Source: Candidatus Hydrogenedentota bacterium (GTDB lineage: Bacteria > Hydrogenedentota > Hydrogenedentia > Hydrogenedentales > SLHB01). Taken from it: DNA of 64,000 bases. Below are positions 8,931 through 18,108 of this stretch, piece by piece. Location: assembly GCA_963674865.2 (NCBI GenBank), contig CAXXYE010000011.1, positions 1 to 64,000 of the forward strand. Reading direction: 5' to 3'. A model generated the notes under the pieces. It was not told the origin of the DNA. It did not search any database and saw nothing but the letters and a program-made list of their open reading frames with translations. A program made the translations under genes and the position numbers. Position 1 is the first letter of the stretch; each line of letters opens with the position of its first letter.

Positions 8931-10355
8931 ATGAGTCGAAAACAGCAGGTCACACGGCGGGATAGTCTCAAGGGTATGGGAGCGTTGGGGGCGGCGACGT
9001 TCTTGGGATCCGGGGCTGGGGCGGCGGCGGGTGGCGGATTTGACCCGGCGGATACGTCGAGCGACGCGCGGCGGCGGATCTTCGAAAAAGTGCACCAGAC
9101 GCCCTTCATCGATACGCACGAGCATCTGATCGAAGAGAAGGAACGGCTCAAGGGGACGGCACATGCCCGGGTGAAGAGCGACGACTGGTCGCTCTTGTTG
9201 AGCCATTACTTGAATTCGGACCTTCTGACGGCGGGGATGCCGGCGGCGGAACTGGGGCGGTTCTTTTCGCCGCAGGTGGATCCGCTCGACAAGTGGGCCC
9301 TGATCGAGCCTTATTGGCCGGCGGTGAAGAACACCGGCTATGGGCAGGCCGTGGTGCTCTCGATGCGGGAACTCTACGGGGTTGACGAGCTATCGAAGCA
9401 GACGGTTGGCAAGGTGCAGGCGGGATATGAAAAGACGCGACGGGCGGGCTTCTACGAGCGGATACTGTGCCAAGCGGCCAAGATCGAGTCTTGCCAGGTG
9501 AACAGTCTTGAGGGACCGTTCATGGAGTCGGAGATGCCCAAGCTGCTGATGCAGGACCTTAGCATAGTGGGGATGTTCGCCGGCGGGGGCGGTTCGGAGC
9601 AGTTTCGCGGGCCCACGGGAATCGAAGTGGCATCGCTGGGTGATTGGCACAAGGTGATCGACTGGTGGTTCGCCAAGTATGGCAAGTTGGCGGTAGCCGT
9701 GAAGTCGCAGAACGCCTATTCGCGAGAGATCGACTATGCCCGAGTTAGGGCCGATGAGGTGGAGGGGATCTTCAAGAAGAAGTTGGAGAAGCAGGGGCTT
9801 TCGGCGGAGGAACGCAAGGCTTTGGAGGATCACCTTTTCTGGTACGCGGTGGAGAAGGCAACCCAGAACGGTTTGCCGGTGAAATTGCACACGGGCTATT
9901 ACGCGGGGCAGAACGGGATGCCGCTGGCCCGACTGGCGAATAACCCCGGCTCGGCGTGCGAGTTGTGCAAGGCTTCGCGCGAGACGCGGTTCGTGTTCAT
10001 GCACATCTGCTATCCATATTATGAGGAAATGATTGCGCTGGCGAAACACTATACCAACGCGTACATCGACATGTGCTGGGCGTGGATCATCAACCCCGTG
10101 GGATCGAAGGACTTTTTGAAGAAGTACCTGGTGACGGCGCCGGCGAACAAGATTTTGACGTTTGGGGGCGACTACGTTCCGGTCGAGCCGGTCTTGGGGC
10201 ATGCAATGATTGCTCGGCGGGGGATCGCGTTGGCTCTGAGCGAATTGGTTGACGAGGGCTGGTTGACGTTGGACGCGGCTCTGGAGTTGACGGACCCGAT
10301 CATGCACGGGAACGCGCGGCGGATATTTGATTTGGAAGCGAAGGCTGGGGGATAG
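8931..10355 (+). CDS. Tat-exported amidohydrolase-superfamily protein
   Basis: TRRDSLK Tat motif; IDTHEH, KLHTG, FVFMH, IDMCW, FGGDY. Confidence 0.85.
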   Translation: MSRKQQVTRRDSLKGMGALGAATFLGSGAGAAAGGGFDPADTSSDARRRIFEKVHQTPFIDTHEHLIEEKERLKGTAHARVKSDDWSLLLSHYLNSDLLTAGMPAAELGRFFSPQVDPLDKWALIEPYWPAVKNTGYGQAVVLSMRELYGVDELSKQTVGKVQAGYEKTRRAGFYERILCQAAKIESCQVNSLEGPFMESEMPKLLMQDLSIVGMFAGGGGSEQFRGPTGIEVASLGDWHKVIDWWFAKYGKLAVAVKSQNAYSREIDYARVRADEVEGIFKKKLEKQGLSAEERKALEDHLFWYAVEKATQNGLPVKLHTGYYAGQNGMPLARLANNPGSACELCKASRETRFVFMHICYPYYEEMIALAKHYTNAYIDMCWAWIINPVGSKDFLKKYLVTAPANKILTFGGDYVPVEPVLGHAMIARRGIALALSELVDEGWLTLDAALELTDPIMHGNARRIFDLEAKAGG

Positions 10356-10424
10356 TGGTTGGTTGTTGGCGGTTAGTTGTTGGTGGCGGATCCTTTGGGG
10401 CCTTTTCTTGTCGAGGTGTGAGTC

Positions 10425-12020
10425 ATGAAGCGTATGGAACAAGTTGCTCGATTGTTGACCGGGGTGTTGGCGTTGGGGGCGGTCTGCCAGTGGGGAGTGG
10501 TCTGCGCGGCGGCGGACGATTTGCTTCAAAATCCGGGGTTCGAGGCGGTCGCGGGTGGGCAGATATCCGCGTGGAGTACGCCGGAGTATTGGTCCGGGAC
10601 GCTTGCGAGCGTTGAAGATTCGGCCGTCGCGCGGAGCGAAAAACGGGCGGCGCTACTGACGTCGGCTCCTAAGGCGGGCAAACACTGGGGTCGTATCTTG
10701 CAGCGCGTGCGAACCGGCAGCCTGACGGGAAGGCGGTTTTGCTATTCGCTCTGGGCCAGGGGTGAGGGGGAGTTCTTGCTGGGGTGTATCGAGTATCGAT
10801 CACCGGAGAAATTCAAGCCGCATTACAGGTATCGCTGGCAGCCGGAGCCCGTGGTTCTCAAGGAAGATTGGCAGGAGGTGAGGTTCGAGTTTTCGGTACC
10901 CGATCCGGAAGTCCGCAGTCTGGCGCTGGTGGCCGAGGTGCGTGGCGAGGGCGGCGAAGCGCTTCTGGATGACGCGTCGTTCGTTCGCTTTCAAGAACCC
11001 GGCTTTTCGATCAACGTCAGCCCGTCGCACGCGATGGTTGCCGCGGGTGGGGCGTGCGATTTCAGCATCCTGGTCGAAAAGAACGGCAAGCCGGTGCGAG
11101 AGGGAGAGTTGGGCATCCTGACCCTGATCGCGGACAAAGCTCCGGTGTCGACGCCGGCGGAGATCTCGACGGACGGGGTGACCGTACATCAATTCAAGGC
11201 TTCGGACGACCTCGCAACCGGCATCCACCGGCTGGTGATCGCCCATCCGGCCTCGGGGGTCGTGGCCGACTGCTACCTCGACGTCACGGACCGCGAGACC
11301 TGGGACGAATTCGCCGCGGCCGCCCAACGAGCGAAAGTGGCTCCCGTTCCGGCCCACCTCTTGTTCATTGGCGACAGTCTGACCGACCAACAGCGGGGCT
11401 ACAACTACGTCGACAAGTTGGCCTTCTGGCTGCGGCGTTCGCAGGACAGTGCCGGCCTGACCTACTCGAACGCCGGGGTGGGTGGCGATTATATCTCGCG
11501 AGTGTGGCAACGCATGAACGGGGATCCGGCCTCCTATCGACTCAATATGTATGACGACCTCTTCAAACCTCGCCCCACGCACGTCTTCTTTTTTCTGGGG
11601 CACAACGACAGCAAGGTGAGCAGCCGCTCGGGATACTCGGTGCAGTGCGTGGATCCCAAGACGTTTGAAGAGGAGTACCGCCTGGCAGTCAAGAAGGTGC
11701 AACGGGAGACGGGGGCCAAGGTGATTGTGATCTCGGCGACGTCGTCGGTCTTCGAGATCTGCAAGGCGAATGCAGACAAACGCCAGGCGGCGGGGATCGA
11801 CAATTCACTGTTTGGCAAGCCGCAGGAGTTGGAGAAATTCAATGCGATCGCGCGGCGGGTGGCCGCCGAGTTGGGGGCCGATTTCGTTGACGTCTACGAG
11901 CCCACCCGCACGCATCCGGACAAGCCCGGCCTCTTCAATCCGCGCGACGGCGTGCATTTGACGAACGAGGGAAATCGATTTATCGCGCTTGAACTGTTAA
12001 AGTATTTTGGCGGGCAATGA
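10425..12020 (+). CDS. Secreted SGNH/GDSL hydrolase with an N-terminal carbohydrate-binding-like domain
   Basis: Signal peptide, LLQNPGFE; FIGDSLTD, NAGVGG, LGHND, DGVHL. Confidence 0.85.
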   Translation: MKRMEQVARLLTGVLALGAVCQWGVVCAAADDLLQNPGFEAVAGGQISAWSTPEYWSGTLASVEDSAVARSEKRAALLTSAPKAGKHWGRILQRVRTGSLTGRRFCYSLWARGEGEFLLGCIEYRSPEKFKPHYRYRWQPEPVVLKEDWQEVRFEFSVPDPEVRSLALVAEVRGEGGEALLDDASFVRFQEPGFSINVSPSHAMVAAGGACDFSILVEKNGKPVREGELGILTLIADKAPVSTPAEISTDGVTVHQFKASDDLATGIHRLVIAHPASGVVADCYLDVTDRETWDEFAAAAQRAKVAPVPAHLLFIGDSLTDQQRGYNYVDKLAFWLRRSQDSAGLTYSNAGVGGDYISRVWQRMNGDPASYRLNMYDDLFKPRPTHVFFFLGHNDSKVSSRSGYSVQCVDPKTFEEEYRLAVKKVQRETGAKVIVISATSSVFEICKANADKRQAAGIDNSLFGKPQELEKFNAIARRVAAELGADFVDVYEPTRTHPDKPGLFNPRDGVHLTNEGNRFIALELLKYFGGQ

Positions 12021-12044
12021 GCTTTTCGCCGTGGGAGTCTTTAG

Positions 12045-13421
12045 ATGGTTGATGCAGTCACGCGACGAACGGTTCTCGTGGTGGTTCTGGCGGCGGTAGG
12101 GGCAGTCTGGAGTTTCGATTCGGTGGAGTCGGCGACGCTCGAGGTGGGGCCGGGAAAGCACTTCCACCGGATCGAAGACGCCAACGCCAAGGCGGCCGAC
12201 GGCGACGTGATCTTGGTCCATCCGCGGCGGGACGGAAGGGCGTATGAGAAAACGGCCGTCTTCGTGCGGCGTGCGGGGCTTGCGTTTCGGGCCGTGCCCG
12301 CCGAAGGTGAGAAGTGGGTGGCAATATCGGGTGAAGGGTTCGATTACAGCGGCAAGGGGAGCGTGCCGCGGGCGATCTTTCAATTCAATCGCGGCACCGA
12401 TGGTTGCATCCTGGACGGGTTCGAGCTGTCGGGTGCCCATAACGATAGCCACAACGGGGCGGGAGTGCGGGTGAATCAGGCCAATTTCGTGACCGTTCGC
12501 AATTGTCACATTCACGCCAACGACATGGGTATCATGTCCAACGGCGACGGGACGGCGGCAAGGGGGCTGGGACTGCGGATCGAAAACTGCATCATTCATC
12601 ACAACGGCAGTTCGGAAGATCCGGGCTACAATCACAATCTGTATTTGGGCGGAACCAGCGTTACGCTCAGCGCTTGCGAGGTGCATTCGAGTCTGACGGG
12701 CCATAACGTGAAGAGCCGGGCGCATCATACCCGGGTGGAGTATTCGTGCATTCACGATTCGGCCAATCGGGAATTCGACCTAGTGGACAACACGGATACG
12801 GAGCGGTCCGACAGCCATGCGGTGTTGATCGGGAACGTGATCGTGAAGGATCCAAAATGCAGAGGAAACAAGGGCCTGATTCATTTCGGCCAGGACGGCG
12901 GGCGAGAACATGACGGCACGTTGTACCTGGTCCACAACACGATCGTGACTCCGTTTATCTCGCCGCTGGTGGAACTTTCGGCAAAACGAGCCAAGGCTCG
13001 AATGGTGGGGAACCTGGTGTCGGACGGCGGAATCAAGCAGGGCGGGCAGCAGGTAGCCCGGGCCCGGAACGGTGCGGCGATGGAGAATGTGAGCGGGACG
13101 CACAACTGGTTTAGCGGCGGCTTTTCGATGCCCAGCGGGACGCGGATGGATCCGCCCAGCAACGTTTTCAGGCGGTTTGCGGGAAAGATGTTCGTGGACG
13201 CCGCGGCGCACGACTATCGGGTTTCTCGCGAGGCGGCCGGGTTGATGGGTGAGAGGCCGTCGGTGGAGGAGATTGGAGTCCCGGTTACGCCGGGGAGGCG
13301 GGCCGCGGGACGAGAGACGCCGCTGGCTTGGGAGTATCGGCATCCGGCGGGGAAGACGGAGAGGCAGGCGGAGGAGCGTCCGACGTTGGGGGCGTATGCT
13401 CGAAGCTTGGGTGGCAGGTAG
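12045..13421 (+). CDS. Secreted right-handed parallel beta-helix protein (pectin-lyase-like fold)
   Basis: Signal peptide; NGAGVR, IENCIIHHNG, HNLYLG, GHNVKSRA. Confidence 0.75.
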   Translation: MVDAVTRRTVLVVVLAAVGAVWSFDSVESATLEVGPGKHFHRIEDANAKAADGDVILVHPRRDGRAYEKTAVFVRRAGLAFRAVPAEGEKWVAISGEGFDYSGKGSVPRAIFQFNRGTDGCILDGFELSGAHNDSHNGAGVRVNQANFVTVRNCHIHANDMGIMSNGDGTAARGLGLRIENCIIHHNGSSEDPGYNHNLYLGGTSVTLSACEVHSSLTGHNVKSRAHHTRVEYSCIHDSANREFDLVDNTDTERSDSHAVLIGNVIVKDPKCRGNKGLIHFGQDGGREHDGTLYLVHNTIVTPFISPLVELSAKRAKARMVGNLVSDGGIKQGGQQVARARNGAAMENVSGTHNWFSGGFSMPSGTRMDPPSNVFRRFAGKMFVDAAAHDYRVSREAAGLMGERPSVEEIGVPVTPGRRAAGRETPLAWEYRHPAGKTERQAEERPTLGAYARSLGGR

Positions 13422-13569
13422 TCGGCAGGTTGTCGTGGATTGGTTTTTTGGAGGTTCGTTTGGCAAGCGAGTGGGGCGGCATACATGCAAGGCGATGGGT
13501 GTGTGAACTCCTCTTGTTGCCGGAGGCAACACCGGTGATCCCGTTTATTCCGCTTAGGAGAGTGATTTC

Positions 13570-15027
13570 ATGTTGTTACGGTCTGTGGTTGTTGCATCGG
13601 TGTTTCTGTCGTTGGGACTCGTCTCTCCGTTCGCGGCGGCCGCCGGCGAAGATGTAGTTGACATCGGCTCGCGGCGAGAGCTGTTTGTGGATCGGTACTT
13701 GATCGACAAGTTGGACGGGGGTCGGCTGGTGTTGCAGAGGCCGCGTCGCGAGGGGCCGGCCCTTCAGTTTGTCGACCAGCCCTGGGAAGGGCGGTACTGC
13801 GGATACTGTACGGTGATTCGCGACCGAGATGACTGGCGGCTCTACTACCGGGGCCGTCCGGACCATGGCAAGGACGGCGACGCGATCGAAGTCACCTGCG
13901 TGGCCCAATCCAACGACGGGGTCTCGTGGGTGAAGCCCAAGTTGGGCCTCTTTGACGTCAACGGGACGCGGGAGAACAACGTCGTCTTGGCGGGCATGCC
14001 GCCCTATTCGCACAACTTCTCGCCCTGGATCGACAAGAAGCCGGGAGTGCCGGATCGAGAACGATACAAATCGTTGTCGGGGATCCACCCCGGCGGGCTG
14101 GCGTTGTTCGTCTCGGCGGACGGGCTGCGCTGGAAGCCGAAGCAAAAAAGCGTACTCACGAGCAAAGAGTTCGCCTTCGACAGTCAGGCCTGCGCCTTCT
14201 GGTCGCCGAGCGAGTCGAAATACGTCTGCTATTTCCGTTCCTGGAAGGACGGCCTGAGGTGGATCTCGCGGTCGACCAGCGAGGACTGCTTGAAATGGAC
14301 CGAGTTGGTTAAGATGGACTACGGCGACACTCCGCCGGAACATCTCTACACCAATAACACGACGCCCTACTACCGGGCCGAGCATATCTACATCGCCTTG
14401 GCTCAACGCTTTTTCACCAAAAGCGCCCTGCCGGCGGAACGGGTGGCGGAGTTGATTCCGGATGAGGTGCATCACGGTTTTTGCAGCGACGTGGCGCTCT
14501 TGACGACTCGCGGCGGCAACCGCTACGACCGCACGTTCATGGAGTCGTTCATTCGCCCCGGACCGACGGCCCAGGACTGGGTGAGCCGCAACAACACGCC
14601 GGCCTGGGGGATCGTGCCGTCGAGCGAGGACGAGCGGCGGATGTACATCCATCGCCAGGCGCACGTCGCACAGAATACGGCACACGTGGTTCGCTATTCG
14701 TTGCGAGTGGACGGATTCGTCTCGGCCGCCGCGGGTTTTGACGGCGGCGAACTCTTGACCAAGCCGTTCACGTTTTCAGGTAGACGGCTGGAATTGAACT
14801 ACGAGACCTCGGCGGCCGGTTCGATCCGTCTGGAGATTCAAGACGCGGCGGGGCGCGCCATCTCAGGCTACACGCTGGAAGACTCGACGGGACTCTTCGG
14901 TGACGAAATCAGCCGGGTCTACACCTGGAAAGACGGCAGTGACGTTTCGCGCCTGGCCGGCAAACCCGTACGACTTCGCTTCGTGATCCGCGACGCCGAT
15001 TTGTATTCGTTTCGGTTTGGTGATTGA
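13570..15027 (+). CDS. Secreted hypothetical glycoside-hydrolase-like beta-propeller protein
   Basis: Signal peptide; RELFVD, PWEG, S.DG..W repeats, FDSQ, LRVDGFVS, GKPVRLRF. Confidence 0.65.
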   Translation: MLLRSVVVASVFLSLGLVSPFAAAAGEDVVDIGSRRELFVDRYLIDKLDGGRLVLQRPRREGPALQFVDQPWEGRYCGYCTVIRDRDDWRLYYRGRPDHGKDGDAIEVTCVAQSNDGVSWVKPKLGLFDVNGTRENNVVLAGMPPYSHNFSPWIDKKPGVPDRERYKSLSGIHPGGLALFVSADGLRWKPKQKSVLTSKEFAFDSQACAFWSPSESKYVCYFRSWKDGLRWISRSTSEDCLKWTELVKMDYGDTPPEHLYTNNTTPYYRAEHIYIALAQRFFTKSALPAERVAELIPDEVHHGFCSDVALLTTRGGNRYDRTFMESFIRPGPTAQDWVSRNNTPAWGIVPSSEDERRMYIHRQAHVAQNTAHVVRYSLRVDGFVSAAAGFDGGELLTKPFTFSGRRLELNYETSAAGSIRLEIQDAAGRAISGYTLEDSTGLFGDEISRVYTWKDGSDVSRLAGKPVRLRFVIRDADLYSFRFGD

Positions 15028-15032
15028 CTTGG

Positions 15033-15117
15033 TGGTGCGTTTCACGCACCCACCCCTGTAAAGGTATGATGAGTCGATAAATGCGCCCGTCCCCGTAGGA
15101 CGGGCATTCCTGCCCGT
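15033..15117. repeat. REP-like palindromes between convergent genes
   Basis: GGTGCGT-TTC-ACGCACC and GTAG-GACGGGCA-TTCC-TGCCCGT. Confidence 0.55.
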
Positions 15118-15137
15118 GCTACGCTCTTTGCGCTACG

Positions 15138-17408
15138 CTACTCGCGTGCGGGTAGTGATCGCTTGTGCCGGTCGCTGCAGAAGAGGACGTAGCGGCCGTC
15201 CGGAGAAAAGGCGAGACGCGCGATCTTGCCGTCGTGGCCGGAGGGCTCCAGCCGCTTGGGCAGTTCGAGTTGTCCCGGTTTGACCGAGTAGAGCGCTTCC
15301 CCGTCTTCGCTCCCGCCGACGAATACGCAAAGATCGGTCTTGGGCGAGTAAACTGGATAAAGCGGCGACATGTCGATACGGTCACCTTTTTTCCAGAGGA
15401 TCTCTTTGACCCGCGCCTGCTCCGGATCGGTCACGTCTACCATGGCAATACCGGCACCGCCGTCCCAGGCGACAATGGCCACCAGCGTTTGGTTGTCGCC
15501 GGCCCAACCTGGATTCGAGTAGAACCTGTGTCCCTCAAGTTGGACCGGGCGTTCTCTGGCCAGTTCCACGTCCATTATCGACATCCGGCAGGGACTGGAG
15601 AAGCTGATGATGAGGAGTTGTCTTCCGTCGGGGGACCATTTGGGGACGCCATAGCTCCCCAAATGGCGGCGTTTGGAGCCGTCGGAGTTCATCTCCCATA
15701 TACCTCGGGGTGCGTCGGGTATCACGCCGGGATTGAGAAGGAAGGCAACTCGTTCGCCGTCGGGAGACAGCGTGGGGCAATTACCCAGCCCGAGGTCGTT
15801 GATTCCCGCCTTCCGTTTGTCTACGTAAAACAATTTCAGATGCGTCTTACCAAACGATTTCCCGGGGGACGCGTCGAAGAGTATCCGCCGGCCGTCGTTC
15901 GACCAGGAAGGCGAACCGAAGTAGGTGAGATCCCCGATCGGTTTGTCGCGGACCAAGATTACCTCTCCGGTAATCACATCGATTGCATATAGGCCGAGCC
16001 GCTCCGTGTCGCCCGCATCCTGGGCGCCACGCTTCCGCAGCGACTTGACCGTGCGATCGACGGCCTTGGAGACGTCTTTGAAAGACTCTCCCTCTGCCGC
16101 TTGGTGATCGCTTGTCTCTTTAGCAACCGCCGACGAGCGACCCTTCGCTGCTCGCTTGGCACGTTGGTCTCGCAACTGGGCGAACTCCAGCGTTCGGGCC
16201 ACGGTTCGCGAGACGGAGTCGACAAGAACCGGCGGGGCCTCGAGCCTATCCGACTGGCCGAGAGGCGGATCCGCGGACGCAATCCGGCTGCCGGCGATTG
16301 CCAGCGAGACAACGAACGCGGACAGGACAATTACCGCAATGGAGGTGGGTCGCAAACGGATCATGCCATTTCTCCTTTTGTCGAGAAGGTCGGCGATACG
16401 GTCTTCGAGTTTCGAATGCGTGTTGAACATCCCCACCGAGCCGGTCATCAACTTCGGCAGGGGCATGAGTTGGCCCAGCCGCAAGAGTGTCTCGCCGTAG
16501 TCGACCGGCGCGACCGCGGCCAGCACGTAGTTGTCGCAGACGTCCTCGCGAGCGCAGGCCAATTCGCGATTGAGGAGGTAGACCAGCGGGTGCGGCCAGA
16601 GGATGGCGCCAAGAATGCGTTGAAGCAGTCCGGCCAGTTGATCTCGGCGGACCGCGTGGGCCGTCTCGTGCAGCAGAATATGCCGCAGTTCCCTGGCGCT
16701 TAGGGTGTCGACCAGCCTCGTCGGCAGAATGATCAGCGGGCGGACAACCCCCACGACGATCGGCCCCGCCACGTCCGACGAGTGGACGATCCGCGGTAGT
16801 GATTTGACGCGGAGAATCCGGCAGACTTCGTCGAGCACGCGGCGGTTTTCGCCCAGATTGAGCGGTCTGGCGCAGCCAACGAGCCGCCGGAGTCGCCAGT
16901 CGCCGCGAACGATACCGATCAGGGAAACCAGAGCGCCCGACAGCCAAACCAGCGTGAGCCCACCCACCGCGGAGTGAAGGTTACTTCGATTAGGCACACC
17001 TGAAACCTGCGTGGCGCTCGAATAGTCCGAAGGCAAGGGCGGGACGTACTCGTCGATTGGCGCCTGAGTGGTTGCCTCAACTCCTTCCTCTTCGTGGTAC
17101 GGCAAAGAGGCGACAGGCAGATCGCCGGTCTTGGGAGCCGCCACGGGTGTTACGCTGTCGGTCGAACTCAATGCAACCGGAATCGCGACCACCGAGAACC
17201 CGGTCCGCTGCAAGGCAACGGTCAAGACGGGGACTATCGCCACGGAGAGAACGGCGGAAAGCAGAATGCAATGCCGGACCGAGGCGTTGCGCCGAAAGAA
17301 CTGGGCGGCGATCAATGCCACGGCCGCCAGCACGGTTATCTGCAGCAATCCGTTGGCCATTAGCACCAACGCGTCGTCGCTCGCGACCCGGTTCCACAAT
17401 CCAGCCAT
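15138..17408 (-). CDS. BlaR1/MecR1-like M56 peptidase with C-terminal TolB/PD40-type beta-propeller
   Basis: TM segments, ILLHETAHAVRRD, HPLV, AREDVCD; WSNDG/LSPDG/WSPDG/FSPDG repeats. Confidence 0.88.
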   Translation of the reverse strand: MAGLWNRVASDDALVLMANGLLQITVLAAVALIAAQFFRRNASVRHCILLSAVLSVAIVPVLTVALQRTGFSVVAIPVALSSTDSVTPVAAPKTGDLPVASLPYHEEEGVEATTQAPIDEYVPPLPSDYSSATQVSGVPNRSNLHSAVGGLTLVWLSGALVSLIGIVRGDWRLRRLVGCARPLNLGENRRVLDEVCRILRVKSLPRIVHSSDVAGPIVVGVVRPLIILPTRLVDTLSARELRHILLHETAHAVRRDQLAGLLQRILGAILWPHPLVYLLNRELACAREDVCDNYVLAAVAPVDYGETLLRLGQLMPLPKLMTGSVGMFNTHSKLEDRIADLLDKRRNGMIRLRPTSIAVIVLSAFVVSLAIAGSRIASADPPLGQSDRLEAPPVLVDSVSRTVARTLEFAQLRDQRAKRAAKGRSSAVAKETSDHQAAEGESFKDVSKAVDRTVKSLRKRGAQDAGDTERLGLYAIDVITGEVILVRDKPIGDLTYFGSPSWSNDGRRILFDASPGKSFGKTHLKLFYVDKRKAGINDLGLGNCPTLSPDGERVAFLLNPGVIPDAPRGIWEMNSDGSKRRHLGSYGVPKWSPDGRQLLIISFSSPCRMSIMDVELARERPVQLEGHRFYSNPGWAGDNQTLVAIVAWDGGAGIAMVDVTDPEQARVKEILWKKGDRIDMSPLYPVYSPKTDLCVFVGGSEDGEALYSVKPGQLELPKRLEPSGHDGKIARLAFSPDGRYVLFCSDRHKRSLPARE

Positions 17409-17432
17409 CTCGGCACCCCCGATTGCGTGAGT

Positions 17433-17819
17433 CTATTTGCTCGCCTTTGCCTCGTCGAGCATCGCGCGGATTCGCTTGATTTCGTCCTTGCTGAGACCGC
17501 GGTACTCCAAGAGCGCGGTCATGAGCCGTTCCGGCTCTCCGCCACAAGCCTTGTCCACGATTTCGACGACCCGCCGGCCTAGACTTACCTCGCGTTGCAC
17601 GAGCGCCGAATAGAAGTAGGTGCGGCCGACGGCGCGGTGCGTGAGCCAGCCTTTCTCTTCCATGCGTTCGAGCATCGTGCGAACCGTGTTGCGGGCCACC
17701 GGGCGACGCTGATTAAGGATCTGGCGGGCTTCGAATACCGAGACCTCGCCGTGATCCCAGACGATTTCCATGATTTCCCGCTGGCCTTGCGAGAGCGGAG
17801 TTGGCTTGGAACTGGACAT
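17433..17819 (-). CDS. BlaI/MecI/CopY family transcriptional repressor
   Basis: LSQGQREIMEIVW, ARNTVRTMLERMEEKGWL, GRTYFY; directly upstream of the M56 gene. Confidence 0.92.
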   Translation of the reverse strand: MSSSKPTPLSQGQREIMEIVWDHGEVSVFEARQILNQRRPVARNTVRTMLERMEEKGWLTHRAVGRTYFYSALVQREVSLGRRVVEIVDKACGGEPERLMTALLEYRGLSKDEIKRIRAMLDEAKASK

Positions 17820-17839
17820 CGGGCTCCCTTCTTGGCTAC

Positions 17840-17877
17840 TACAGTTGTCATTATGGCTACAAGTGTCGCCACGTCAA
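17840..17877 (-). promoter_or_regulatory. blaI-like promoter with two BlaI/Cop-box-like operators
   Basis: Minus strand TTGACG-N16-CATAAT. TACA-GT-TGTC (17840-17849) and TACA-AG-TGTC (17858-17867) resemble the TACANNTGTA box. Confidence 0.65.
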
Positions 17878-18108
17878 GCTCTGGGCGGCAGAAAATCCGA
17901 AAAATGCTGCGGAGAGCCTCCCCCCTTCAGGATCGCGGAGGGACTGGGTGAGTGAGGCGGTCATCCAAACGCTTCGCATCCGCGGGGATGCTGGACACGG
18001 CGGTCGTGGCGCCATAGTTTGTTGGGTGCCGAGCAGGAGGACGTTTCCTGCAATGTTTCCGGGAATCTCAATTTCCGGACGAACACAATCATCCCGTGAG
18101 GACCCGCG

